From: Phycisphaerales bacterium
GTDB taxonomy: Bacteria > Planctomycetota > Phycisphaerae > Phycisphaerales > UBA1924
Direction: 5' to 3'
Assembly (NCBI GenBank): GCA_013360675.1
Contig: JABWBB010000008.1
Span: forward strand, 54,792 to 118,791
DNA: 64,000 bases
Positions 35,904 to 44,424 of the stretch are shown here, one piece after another. Numbering within the stretch: the first letter of the stretch is position 1; the number at the start of each line of letters is the position of its first letter. Position numbers and translations under genes: made by a program. The notes under the pieces were generated by a model that saw only the letters and a list, made by a program, of their open reading frames with translations, searched no databases and was not told the origin of the DNA.

Positions 35904-37940
35904 CTAATTCCATGGGTTCGGTGCGGGAGGCGGGTTCAGGATGTAATCGGCCTTGGTCGACGGAGGTGTCGCGCCCAGAGTCTGCATCCGGCCCAGCCAG
36001 AATACGTACTGCTGCGGCGTCTTGAGAGACAGGCGATGCCCAAGGTCGTCGGCCGCATCGGGCCCTACGGAATGCAGCACGTAGCCACGTCCCGCGGCGT
36101 CTTCGCCGGGCCCGAATCGACGGTACGACAACGGCCTGTCCGCCCAGATATCGCGCGGCACCTCGGGCATGAACTCGGGCACGAGCGCGTCGAGCGTGGC
36201 GGGATACTCGCCGCGTGCATCGCGGAAGCGCTCGATGGCGATCATCGCGCTGATGCCGCGCGCGTGCAGCACGCGTTCGTCGCGGGCTGAGAGAATCTGA
36301 AACGTGACGGTGTGGTACCACGACGCCATGATGAGTGGAGTCTGAACGGGCACGACGCCGGTTCGCTCCCACGGCATCTGGTCCGCGTGCGTACGGTACA
36401 CGCGGTTCGACGCATTGATCATGCCGACGACTTCGTTCAGCGTGCCGAGGCGGCCGTAGGTGGGCTGACTCCACGTGCCCTGCGAGGCCCAGTTGCGGGC
36501 CTCGTCGAGGTAGGCCTTGCGTACGGCGAGAGGATTCGTATAAGCGGCAGCCGCCTGTGAGAGAAAAAATGCTCTCGACGCGTCCATCGCCTCGCTCGTT
36601 GCCGGTGCGGTCCGGATCGCCTGTGCCCGATCGATCGATTCGACCCACGCCGGCGAAGGGGGCGCGGCTAGCACGTGGATCATCGCTCGGTCGATCACCC
36701 GCGACAATGTGGGATCTCGCATGAATCCCCTCGTGCCCAGGCTGTCCATCAGGAAGGGCTCGAGACGAGCCGCGGCCTGGAGTGTCGCGTCAAACGTGTC
36801 GTGCTCACCCCGTGCTGCGGCGAGAAACAGCCGCAGGCTTATCGCCTGCGTGATCGGTGAGAGATCCTGGATTCCGGCGCCATTCCAGATACGGATCGAA
36901 GAGATTCCCTGGGCTGCGCCGATGCCCGCATGTTTCGCGGCCGCGTCGATGGCGCGGAACACGTCAGCGCGCTCGTACTCGTCGTGCCACATGGGCATGA
37001 TCGCCAACCGTTCGGATACGCCGCTGTTCTGTTCGGGCGCGTAATCAAAATCGGGATGCAAGCCAAGGAAAAAAAATGGAGGCTCGACGACGAGTGTCGC
37101 GCCAGCCCCGAGCCGGGCCTCCTGGCCGGCAATGGCCCGCCGATCGCCTTCGTGTATCTTTTCAATCGCCTCAACCAGACGTAGTGAGACTTGTGTATTG
37201 AGTTCCTGCTCCTCGGGCGAGAGGCTCTCGGCGTCGCGCTGTGCCTGGGCGTTGATCGACGCGATGAGATCCGCCGCGTCCCGGGCCTGCGCCCGCAGCC
37301 ACCATTCGAATGCGCCCCATGAAATCAGCCCGAGCACCAGCGGCGCCACGACCAGCGCCATCACGCCGATGAAGATCCGCCGCCACGTCCTTCGCGAGAA
37401 CAGCGGCGGGGGGATGTGCTCGTTCGGCGCCGCCGGCGCAAAGCGCTTCGCCCCGCCCGCGCCCTCCGCGAGTTCGGCCATCGAGGCATCGACCGTCACG
37501 ACGCTGCCGCACTCGGGGCAGGCCACTTTTAGGTCATCGCCCACGGGCAGCCCCAGCAGCGAATAGCGGCAGACATTGCACGACCCGCGCGAGTGCAGTA
37601 CCTGCCCCACGCGTCGGCGCAGCAGGCGATCTCGAGCCGCCAGCCCCATCAGCACGGGGATGCACCCGAGCACGAGCATCCAGGCAATCAGCCCGAGAGT
37701 CAGCCACACCGATTCAAAGGCGAGCGAATCACCCCATCGATCAAAGAACCGGATCGAGCGGAAGAAGGCGAACGACGCGCCGATCCCCGCCAGCAGCGAA
37801 ACGATCAGAACGCACGAGGCGTGCACGACCTTCGCCGCCAGCCCGCGGCGTGCCGCGCGGACAAATCGCTCGCACGCCTCGTCGGGGAAGCGGTCGAGCT
37901 CGGGGAAGGCACGGTAAATGCGACGGGTCAGGAGGCGCAT
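35904..37940 (-). CDS. Polytopic membrane protein with cytoplasmic zinc-ribbon and pseudopilin-like C-terminal domain, paralog 3
   Basis: ATG 37940 (MRLLTRRIY); the track start at 37976 is TTG. Extra N-terminal TM pair plus CNVCRYSLLGLP...CPECGS. After a third TM it follows the same helical-domain plan, ending IAIERFRDARGEYPATLDALVPEFMPEVPRDIWADRPLSYRR ... GYVLHSVGPDAADD. Confidence 0.75.
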   Translation of the reverse strand: MRLLTRRIYRAFPELDRFPDEACERFVRAARRGLAAKVVHASCVLIVSLLAGIGASFAFFRSIRFFDRWGDSLAFESVWLTLGLIAWMLVLGCIPVLMGLAARDRLLRRRVGQVLHSRGSCNVCRYSLLGLPVGDDLKVACPECGSVVTVDASMAELAEGAGGAKRFAPAAPNEHIPPPLFSRRTWRRIFIGVMALVVAPLVLGLISWGAFEWWLRAQARDAADLIASINAQAQRDAESLSPEEQELNTQVSLRLVEAIEKIHEGDRRAIAGQEARLGAGATLVVEPPFFFLGLHPDFDYAPEQNSGVSERLAIMPMWHDEYERADVFRAIDAAAKHAGIGAAQGISSIRIWNGAGIQDLSPITQAISLRLFLAAARGEHDTFDATLQAAARLEPFLMDSLGTRGFMRDPTLSRVIDRAMIHVLAAPPSPAWVESIDRAQAIRTAPATSEAMDASRAFFLSQAAAAYTNPLAVRKAYLDEARNWASQGTWSQPTYGRLGTLNEVVGMINASNRVYRTHADQMPWERTGVVPVQTPLIMASWYHTVTFQILSARDERVLHARGISAMIAIERFRDARGEYPATLDALVPEFMPEVPRDIWADRPLSYRRFGPGEDAAGRGYVLHSVGPDAADDLGHRLSLKTPQQYVFWLGRMQTLGATPPSTKADYILNPPPAPNPWN

Positions 37941-38090
37941 GCGAGAGACTATCTCGAATGGCCTACACCCCAGCAAGCCTTACGGTTGCACGCCCCCCTC
38001 CGATGGCGGGGCGTGACGACACTCCCTCGGCGGTGGGGGAGTCACCTCGCCCCCTCCCGGCGCATCCTGAAGCGTGTTCCGCAGCGGGCG

Positions 38091-38951
38091 TTACTTGGCA
38101 TAACTGAACACGCCCCGCCCGGACTTATCGCCCAGGCGTCCCGCCGTCACCAGTTGACGCAGCAGCGGGCAGGGGCGGTACTTGTCGTCGCCCAGTTCGG
38201 TGTGCAGCACGCCCAGGATCTTGAGGCACGTGTCGAGCCCGATGAAGTCGGCCAGGCGCAGCGGGCCCATCGGGAAGTTGCACCCGAGCTTCATGATCTC
38301 GTCGATGTGCTCGGGCTCGGCGACCCCCTCCATCCACGCGAAGAACGCCTCGTTGATCATCGGCATCAGCACCCGGTTCGACACGAACCCCGCCCGGTCG
38401 TTGGCCGGGATCGGCGTCTTGCCCATCGCCTTGGCCAGCGCGATCACCCGCTCGGTCGTCTCGGGCGCGGTCTGCAGGCCCTTGATCACCTCGACGAGTT
38501 TCATCACCGGCACGGGATTGAAGAAGTGCATGCCGATCACGCGCGGGGCCGCGTCGCCCGCGGCGGCGGCGATGTCCGTCAGACTGATCGAACTCGTGTT
38601 CGACGCGAGGATCTGGCCGCCCGTGAACATCTTCGCCAGCGAGGCGAACAGGTCGCGCTTGATCTTCACGTCCTCGACGATCGCCTCGATCACGATGTCG
38701 ACGCCCTTGAGCCCGTCGAGCGAGCCGACGTACGACAGCCGCTTGAGGGCGGCGTCCACGTCCTCCTGCTTCATCCGCCCCTTCTCAACCTCGCGGGCCA
38801 GTCGCTTGGCGTGGTCCGCCTTGCACTTTTCGAGGGCCTTGGCGTTGGAATCGAAGACAATGCAGGCAAAGCCGCTGCACGCGCCGACCTGCGCGATCCC
38901 GCCGCCCATCTGCCCCGAACCCACCACGCCGATTGCTTTGATGTCGCTCAT
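38091..38951 (-). CDS. hbd: 3-hydroxyacyl/3-hydroxybutyryl-CoA dehydrogenase
   Basis: MSDIKAIGVVGSGQMGGGIAQV Rossmann start. Motifs NTSSISLTDIA, GMHFFNPVPVMKLVEV, PGFVSNR-like AGFVSNRVL. Confidence 0.9.
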   Translation of the reverse strand: MSDIKAIGVVGSGQMGGGIAQVGACSGFACIVFDSNAKALEKCKADHAKRLAREVEKGRMKQEDVDAALKRLSYVGSLDGLKGVDIVIEAIVEDVKIKRDLFASLAKMFTGGQILASNTSSISLTDIAAAAGDAAPRVIGMHFFNPVPVMKLVEVIKGLQTAPETTERVIALAKAMGKTPIPANDRAGFVSNRVLMPMINEAFFAWMEGVAEPEHIDEIMKLGCNFPMGPLRLADFIGLDTCLKILGVLHTELGDDKYRPCPLLRQLVTAGRLGDKSGRGVFSYAK

Positions 38952-39117
38952 GCGGGGAGGGTACGCCCCGCCCTGTCGCTCTGGCCAGCCGCCGCGGCCA
39001 GCCGCCCCGGCAACGCGCTCGCACGCCGACGGGTGTTTGGACCTGGTCGAACCACACGACGGCTTCAGTCCTCACGGGCATCCGGTCTGGTGACGCCGAA
39101 CTTGCGTGGTGCGGCGG

Positions 39118-39479
39118 CTGCCTCCGCCGTGCCACCGATGTCTGCCCCGAGACATCGGTGCCTCTTCCCACCGCTCGGCAGACTCAATGCCAAGTGGCCC
39201 GCTCTCGTAGCGAGGCGTCTGCCCTCCGCCGTGCCACCGAAGTCTGCCCTGAGACTTCGGTGCCTCTTCCCGCCGCTCGGTAGACTCGCCGCGTTGTGGT
39301 TGGGCGTGCGGGAGGGTGAGGTAGAATGCGACCCGCCGCCCGCACCGGGGCGTGTGCGAAATGGAAGGGATACCGATGCACTCGAACCGGCAACGACCAA
39401 GACACCGAAGTCTCAAAGCAGACTTCGGTGGCACGAGGTCGCTGACAAGGTTTCGGAGGTTGCTGCCGACTTCGGTGCC
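39118..39479. repeat. REP-like hairpin repeat cluster: two direct ~69-bp units, one inverted copy, one half copy
   Basis: Units at 39118..39185 and 39219..39287. 11-bp stems CACCGA(T/A)GTCT-N6-AGAC(A/T)TCGGTG at 39133..39160, 39235..39262 and 39403..39430. Half copy GACTTCGGTGCC at 39468..39479. Confidence 0.8.
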
Positions 39480-39844
39480 ACCCGCCGAACTGGAGGAGAT
39501 ACCCGTGAATCCGAACCGGGCAGGTGGCCCGACTCTTGATGCAGGATCTGCGTCCAGTGTGCCCCGATCTGACCGTCCGCGGTCAGTCGGGTGAGGAAGC
39601 GGTTGAATGAGTCGCCACGCCCGCGAGGGTTAGAGACGTGGAAGGGGTAACTGTGAGAAGCGCGAACGTGCTGAAGCCGGTATGACTGCGCTGGGAAAGG
39701 GGTAGGGGGGAGACCCTGATACACTTTCCCGACTGACCCCAAGGCCGGTCAGTCGGGGCACTGCGGAAAACACACCGGATCGCGAAAAGAGTCGGGCCAC
39801 TCGCCCGATCATGGATTGTGAGCGCATCGAAAAGGTGGAGCAAG

Positions 39845-40216
39845 ATGACGCCGCGTGATATTGAGATGTGCGTCATGGACTGCCTTCAGGACGACGTCAT
39901 GGAGAATTTGGCCGCATTGCTGAGAGTTCTTAATGGGGCCGATGACCGACGCTCCTGGGAATCGGCTCGTGGCCAGTCCTTCTCCGAATCAGAAGTACAA
40001 TCAGCCCTCGTTTGTTTGATGAATAAGGGCTTCGTCATACCGTTGGCTGAACAGGCGTCGTCAAATGACAAAAGCTCTCCTGTCCAAGTGAGCGAGGTAG
40101 GATTTGGCGTCACATGGTCTAGGGCATGGTTCCATTTGACACAGGCAGGGCGTACTGCTCTGCAGGCCTGGTGGCATGCCGAGGGACAAGCCAGGTACCC
40201 TGTGGACGAAATGTAG
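39845..40216 (+). CDS. Hypothetical small protein in a lower-GC islet (possible winged-helix C-terminus)
   Basis: ATG 39845 is preceded by GGTGGAG; the track start at 39818 is GTG. 123 aa. C-terminal WFHLTQAGRTALQAWW resembles the wing/helix end of PadR/MarR-type domains (weak). Composition is visibly more AT-rich than the flanks. Confidence 0.55.
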   Translation: MTPRDIEMCVMDCLQDDVMENLAALLRVLNGADDRRSWESARGQSFSESEVQSALVCLMNKGFVIPLAEQASSNDKSSPVQVSEVGFGVTWSRAWFHLTQAGRTALQAWWHAEGQARYPVDEM

Positions 40217-40314
40217 TCCAAAGACTTTTTCGCGTGTCAATACCCGCCGCATCTGTACGCTTCGTTGTGATTATTATGGAATAACGCACGACCCTAGACA
40301 AATGTCGCACGCCT

Positions 40315-40992
40315 TCACCGCACTGCCCCCAGGTACACATACCACCCCAGCCCGATCGTGATGATCAGCCACCCGTACAGCGTGTGCTCGATCGACGCCA
40401 GCACCAGCGAGCGCGTCCGCGCGTAGGTTCGGGCAAAGAGCAGCCCGCCCACCGCCGTCAGCAGCACCGCCAGCACGTTCTGAAAAATCACATGCGCAAA
40501 GCCAAAGGCCAGGGCCGAGGCGAGGATCATGTCGCGCGGGTCGGTGAACAGATCGCGATATCGGTGAAAGATGAACGCCCGGTAGACGACGTTCTGCGCG
40601 ATGACCGACAGCACCGGGTACGCCAGCATCACCAGCGCGTACAACTCGGGCCTGGCCCTGGGAAAGTAGAACAGGATCTCGGGCCTGGCCCACGCCACCA
40701 GGGCCGTCAGCGCACCGCCGGCCACCACGAAGGTGCCCAGCACGCGCCACAGTTCGCGCGAAGGGTGCCCGGGCATGGCCGGGCCAGCGTTCCACAGCCC
40801 GCGCCGGTCAAAGGCCGGATCGCCCACCAGCATCACCAGGCACGCCGTCGCCGCACTCCCCAGCATGACCAGCAGCGGGATTCGCCCGTCCGCGAAGGCG
40901 GCGAGCACCGGCAGCACGCCGAACAGCACGCCAAACTCGATCGCCAGCGATCGGCGCGAGCGGTGGGGGACTGATACCGGGGCGGCCTCCAT
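40315..40992 (-). CDS. CPBP (CAAX protease/bacteriocin-processing) family intramembrane protein, catalytic motifs apparently degenerate
   Basis: ATG 40992 avoids a 14-bp divergent gap with the thiolase gene. Polytopic. FGFAH (FxxxH) is present, but the expected EExxxR reads QNVVYR and HxxxN reads HTLYG (by-eye alignment). Confidence 0.65.
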   Translation of the reverse strand: MEAAPVSVPHRSRRSLAIEFGVLFGVLPVLAAFADGRIPLLVMLGSAATACLVMLVGDPAFDRRGLWNAGPAMPGHPSRELWRVLGTFVVAGGALTALVAWARPEILFYFPRARPELYALVMLAYPVLSVIAQNVVYRAFIFHRYRDLFTDPRDMILASALAFGFAHVIFQNVLAVLLTAVGGLLFARTYARTRSLVLASIEHTLYGWLIITIGLGWYVYLGAVR

Positions 40993-41099
40993 GTCCCCTT
41001 CTTGGGATTGCCGTGTTCGGGTTTGCGGCGGGTCGGCGTTGGGGTTGCGGGGCTGACGCCCTATGCTTGGCTTTCCCGTATCCATGAAGGAGTTTTTCG

Positions 41100-42308
41100 A
41101 TGTCCACGCCCGTGATTCTCGCCGCCAAACGCACCCCCATCGGCCGCTTCTTCGGGGGTCTTTCCAAGGTCCCCTCGCCCTTGCTGGGGTCCTACGCCAT
41201 CGCCGGGCTCTTCGCCGAGCAGCCCGCGCTCAAGGCCGCGGCGGAGTCGGGCAAGATCGACGATGTCATCATGGGATGCGTGCTCCAGGCCGGGCTGGGC
41301 CAGAACCCCGCCCGCCAGGCCGCCCTCAAGGCCGGCTGCCCCGAGACGCAGAGCGCGGTGACGATCAACAAGGTCTGCGGGAGCGGGCTCCAGGCCGTCA
41401 TGCAGGCCGCCGCCGCGATCAAGGGGGGCGATGCCTCGCTCGCCATTGCGGGCGGGTTCGAGAGCATGACCATGGCGCCCTACTTCGCCAAGATCCGCGA
41501 CGGCGCGGGGGCCCCCAAGTTCGGCCCCATGACCTTCGAGGATCACATGCAGTTCGACGGCCTGCGCTGCGCGTTCGAATGCTGGGCGATGGGCAACGCC
41601 GCTGACTACATCGCCAAGAAGCACGAGATCAGCCGTGCGGAGCAGGACCGCTTCAGCGCCCGCAGTCACCAGCTCGCCGCCGACGCGACGAGCAAGGGCT
41701 ACTTCAAGAGCGAACTCGTCGCAGTGACGGGCGAGCAGTGCCTCGACCGCAAGTCGCCGGGCGTGAGCGCCGACGAGGGCATCCGCGCCGAGAGCACCGC
41801 CGACTCGCTCGCCAAACTCCGCCCCGTCTTCGACGCCAAGGAGGGGACCGTCACCGCCGGTAACGCGAGCCAGATCTCCGATGGCGGGGCGGCCCTGGCC
41901 GTTGCCTCGATGAAGATGGCCGAGGAACTGGGCATCAAGCCCATAGCCAAGATCCTCGCCTATCACACCAGCGGGGTGTCGCCCAAGGACATCTTCCGCG
42001 CCCCGGCGCTCGCCGTCCCCGCGGTCATCGCCAAGGCCGGGCTCAAGCTCGGCGACATCGACCTGTTCGAGGTCAACGAGGCCTTCGCCGCCCAGGCCCT
42101 CCAGAACATCAAGGAAGGCGGCATCCCCGAGGCCAAGGTCAACATCTGCGGCGGGGCCATCGCCCTGGGCCACCCCATCGGCTGCTCGGGCGCCCGCGTC
42201 CTAACGACCCTGGTCCACCAGCTCAAGCGCACTGGCGGCAAACGCGGCGTGGCGGCCCTGTGCCTGGGCGGGGGCAACGCCGTCGCCATGGTCGTCGAGG
42301 CCTGCTGA
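41100..42308 (+). CDS. Acetyl-CoA C-acetyltransferase (thiolase II)
   Basis: AAGGAG SD. MSTPVILAAKRTPIGRFFGGL. Active-site contexts NKVCGSGLQA, NICGGAIALGHPIGCSGAR, LCLGGGNAVA. Confidence 0.95.
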   Translation: MSTPVILAAKRTPIGRFFGGLSKVPSPLLGSYAIAGLFAEQPALKAAAESGKIDDVIMGCVLQAGLGQNPARQAALKAGCPETQSAVTINKVCGSGLQAVMQAAAAIKGGDASLAIAGGFESMTMAPYFAKIRDGAGAPKFGPMTFEDHMQFDGLRCAFECWAMGNAADYIAKKHEISRAEQDRFSARSHQLAADATSKGYFKSELVAVTGEQCLDRKSPGVSADEGIRAESTADSLAKLRPVFDAKEGTVTAGNASQISDGGAALAVASMKMAEELGIKPIAKILAYHTSGVSPKDIFRAPALAVPAVIAKAGLKLGDIDLFEVNEAFAAQALQNIKEGGIPEAKVNICGGAIALGHPIGCSGARVLTTLVHQLKRTGGKRGVAALCLGGGNAVAMVVEAC

Positions 42309-42340
42309 CTTCGTCAATCGCTCTTGATTTGATCAAAAGC

Positions 42341-42375
42341 AACCCCCCGTCCCCTGGGCGGGGGGTTGTGTTTTT
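42341..42375 (+). terminator. Rho-independent terminator after the thiolase gene
   Basis: AACCCCCCG-tcccctggg-CGGGGGGTT followed by GTGTTTTT. Confidence 0.8.
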
Positions 42376-42429
42376 GGACGGGATCGGCCATACTGGACGT
42401 GTTCCAACCAGACCCGTTCTGGGTCTGAG

Positions 42430-43269
42430 ATGCGGGGTGACACCATGCGCATGGCACTTGCACCGAGACGTGGACGCGGCATTCCCACGCGGCGAGCCTT
42501 CACGCTGATCGAACTGCTCGTGGTCATCGCGATCATCGCGATGCTCATCAGCCTGCTGCTCCCATCGCTGGGCAAGAGCCGCGAGGCCGCCCGTGCGACC
42601 ATCTGCGCCGCCAACCTCAGGCAAGTGGGCTATGCCCTCCTGCAATACACCGGCAACAACAAGGACTACTACCCCGGCGATCACCGCCAGATCGGCTCGG
42701 ATTCATGGATCACCTGGGTCCCGCGCCTGAAGAGTTACCTGGGCGACAACTACCAGATCTTCTGGTGCCCCTCGGCCCCCAAGGAGTACCGCTACAACCC
42801 CTACACCGGCTTCCCCAACACCGATCCCAACCGCGACCCGCGCCGCTATGGGTATGACGCCAACGAACACCCCATGTACGGCAACGAGTTCTTCTGCTAC
42901 GCCTACAACGGTTGGGGGGTCCGCGATTTCTCCCGCCCGCACCTGGGCCTTGGCGGGCACGTCGCGGCCCTCGAGCCCATTCCGACCATGCAGGACCGTG
43001 CCGACCGCCCCTACAACGAGATCCGCGATTGGCAGGTCCGCGTTCCCAGCGAGATGATCGCCATCGCCGACAGCAAGACCGACGGCATCTGGGATACATG
43101 GCTCACCCCGCAGGCCGACGCTCCCTATTCATGGCCGGGCCAGCGCCACAATCGCAGCGCCCAGACACTCTTCTGCGACGGTGCGGTGAAGATGATGCGC
43201 TACGACATCCTCATGTCCACCGATCCCATCAACCGCCGCCGCTGGAACAACGACAACGAGCCGCACTAG
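42430..43269 (+). CDS. Prepilin-type N-terminal cleavage/methylation domain protein (DUF1559-like)
   Basis: [34 protein letters not shown], and a C-terminal H-x9-DG-like [15 protein letters not shown]. The start could instead be 42445 or 42451. Confidence 0.85.
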   Translation: MRGDTMRMALAPRRGRGIPTRRAFTLIELLVVIAIIAMLISLLLPSLGKSREAARATICAANLRQVGYALLQYTGNNKDYYPGDHRQIGSDSWITWVPRLKSYLGDNYQIFWCPSAPKEYRYNPYTGFPNTDPNRDPRRYGYDANEHPMYGNEFFCYAYNGWGVRDFSRPHLGLGGHVAALEPIPTMQDRADRPYNEIRDWQVRVPSEMIAIADSKTDGIWDTWLTPQADAPYSWPGQRHNRSAQTLFCDGAVKMMRYDILMSTDPINRRRWNNDNEPH

Positions 43270-43287
43270 CCCGCACAGGGAACCCGC

Positions 43288-43638
43288 ATGAACAGCAACG
43301 CCGTCAAACTTACGCTGGCGATCGTGCTGCTGGTCTCGGCCGCGGCCATCGCCTGGTACCGCTTCGGTAACGCCGAAGAAGACGCGGTCATCATCGAAAA
43401 GACCCATTGGATCTGCACCGCTTCTTCCTGCGGCAAAGAGTTCGAGTTTCCCGCGCCCGACTACGCCAGGATCCGGCGTGACTCTCCCGACGCCGTGCCC
43501 CCGTGCCCCCATTGCGGCACCAGCACCGTCGTGCTGGGCGTTCCGTGCTCCAACTGCACCAAGCTGGTGCGCCCCGTCGGGCATGGGCAACTCCCCCCCG
43601 CATGCCCACACTGCGGCAAGCCGCCCGTTGCCAACTGA
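43288..43638 (+). CDS. Small membrane-anchored double zinc-ribbon protein
   Basis: N-terminal TM LTLAIVLLVSAAAIAWY. Cys pairs CTASSC...CPHC and CSNC...CPHC. Lies 18 nt downstream of the DUF1559 gene. Confidence 0.65.
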   Translation: MNSNAVKLTLAIVLLVSAAAIAWYRFGNAEEDAVIIEKTHWICTASSCGKEFEFPAPDYARIRRDSPDAVPPCPHCGTSTVVLGVPCSNCTKLVRPVGHGQLPPACPHCGKPPVAN

Positions 43639-43702
43639 CCCGCAAACCCGATGGCGATCGCCGAGGTAATGCGCGCATGCCATGGGCGTGCAATGATCAC
43701 GC

Positions 43703-44371
43703 ATGGCACACACCTACGTCATTACCGGCGCATCGCGCGGCCTAGGTCTTGAGTTCTGCAATCAGCTCGCCGCCCGCGGCGACAACGTCATCGCCGGCGT
43801 GCGCGACCCCTCGCGCGTGACGCTTCCCAAGGGCGTCCGCGTCGAGCCCCTCGACCTGACCCAAGACGCCAGCATCTTCGCCTTCGCCAAGGCCCTCAGC
43901 GGCACGACGATCGACGTCCTCATCAACAACGCGGGCATCTACATCAACCACGGCACGCTCGCCGAGTTCGCGAGCGAGGACCTCGCCGCGTCCTTCCGTG
44001 TCAACACCATCGCCCCGTTCGTACTTCTCAAGGCGCTGCGACTCTCGATGGCGGGGGGGCTCAAACGCGTCGTCCACATCACCAGCGAACTGGGCAGCGT
44101 CTCGCTCAACAACGGCGGATGGTCCTACGCCTACTGCGCCAGTAAGGCCGCCCTCAACCAGATCCACCGCACGATCTCGCTCGAACTGGGGCGAGATGGC
44201 TTCACGTGCGTCGCGATGCACCCGGGCTGGGTCCGCACCGACATGGGCGGTCCCGATGCGCCACTGCTCCCCCCCGAGAGTGTCCGCGACATGATCGCCA
44301 CCATCGGCCGCTTCACCCAGGCCGACAACGGACGCTATATCGAACGCACCGGCCAGACGCTCCCCTGGTAA
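43703..44371 (+). CDS. Short-chain dehydrogenase/reductase (SDR)
   Basis: YVITGASRGLGLEF (TGxxxGxG), NNAG, and YCASKAAL (YxxxK). Confidence 0.9.
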   Translation: MAHTYVITGASRGLGLEFCNQLAARGDNVIAGVRDPSRVTLPKGVRVEPLDLTQDASIFAFAKALSGTTIDVLINNAGIYINHGTLAEFASEDLAASFRVNTIAPFVLLKALRLSMAGGLKRVVHITSELGSVSLNNGGWSYAYCASKAALNQIHRTISLELGRDGFTCVAMHPGWVRTDMGGPDAPLLPPESVRDMIATIGRFTQADNGRYIERTGQTLPW

Positions 44372-44424
44372 GTCCTTCGTGCCCCCGCGCTATACTGGTC
44401 CTCGCACTCCAAGGACCACGACTC

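Noticed and set aside
38000-38090. 8-bp GC hairpin (CACGCCCC ... GGGGCGTG) between hbd and the three-paralog operon as a terminator
   Set aside because: No U-tract follows it in the transcribed (minus) sense, so an intrinsic terminator call is not supported. It may still be a structure in the 5' UTR of the paralog operon.
39118-39479. Possible CRISPR array (repeated ~69-bp units)
   Set aside because: There are only two direct units plus an inverted copy and a half copy, with irregular spacing (101 and about 170 nt). The units are long and internally palindromic, and no cas genes are present. REP/MITE-like is the better description.
37593-39539. 648-aa plus-strand ORF, the longest 'novel' ORF in this part of the track
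   Set aside because: It runs antisense through paralog 3 and hbd and then through the repeat-rich intergenic spacer. Its translation is Arg/Pro/Gly/Ala-rich low complexity typical of high-GC shadow frames. The opposite-strand genes have clear family motifs.
39352-39594. 80-aa ORF (MCEMEGIPMHSNRQ...), and tRNA-like GGTTCGAGT/GGTTCGGAT strings on the minus strand near 39380 and 39510
   Set aside because: The ORF is assembled from repeat modules and has no coding-like composition. The T-loop-like strings lack complementary T-stems, acceptor stems or any cloverleaf when folded by hand.
41061-42173. 370-aa minus-strand ORF; also 18213..19406 (+, 397 aa), 54055..55485 (+, 476 aa), 25889..27016 (+, 375 aa), 28978..29946 (+, 322 aa) and 44335..45123 (-, 262 aa)
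   Set aside because: Each lies antisense to a gene with unambiguous family motifs: thiolase, AONS-like plus amine dehydrogenase, LptD-like, lysY/lysZ, symporter, and aspS respectively. All have shadow-frame composition.
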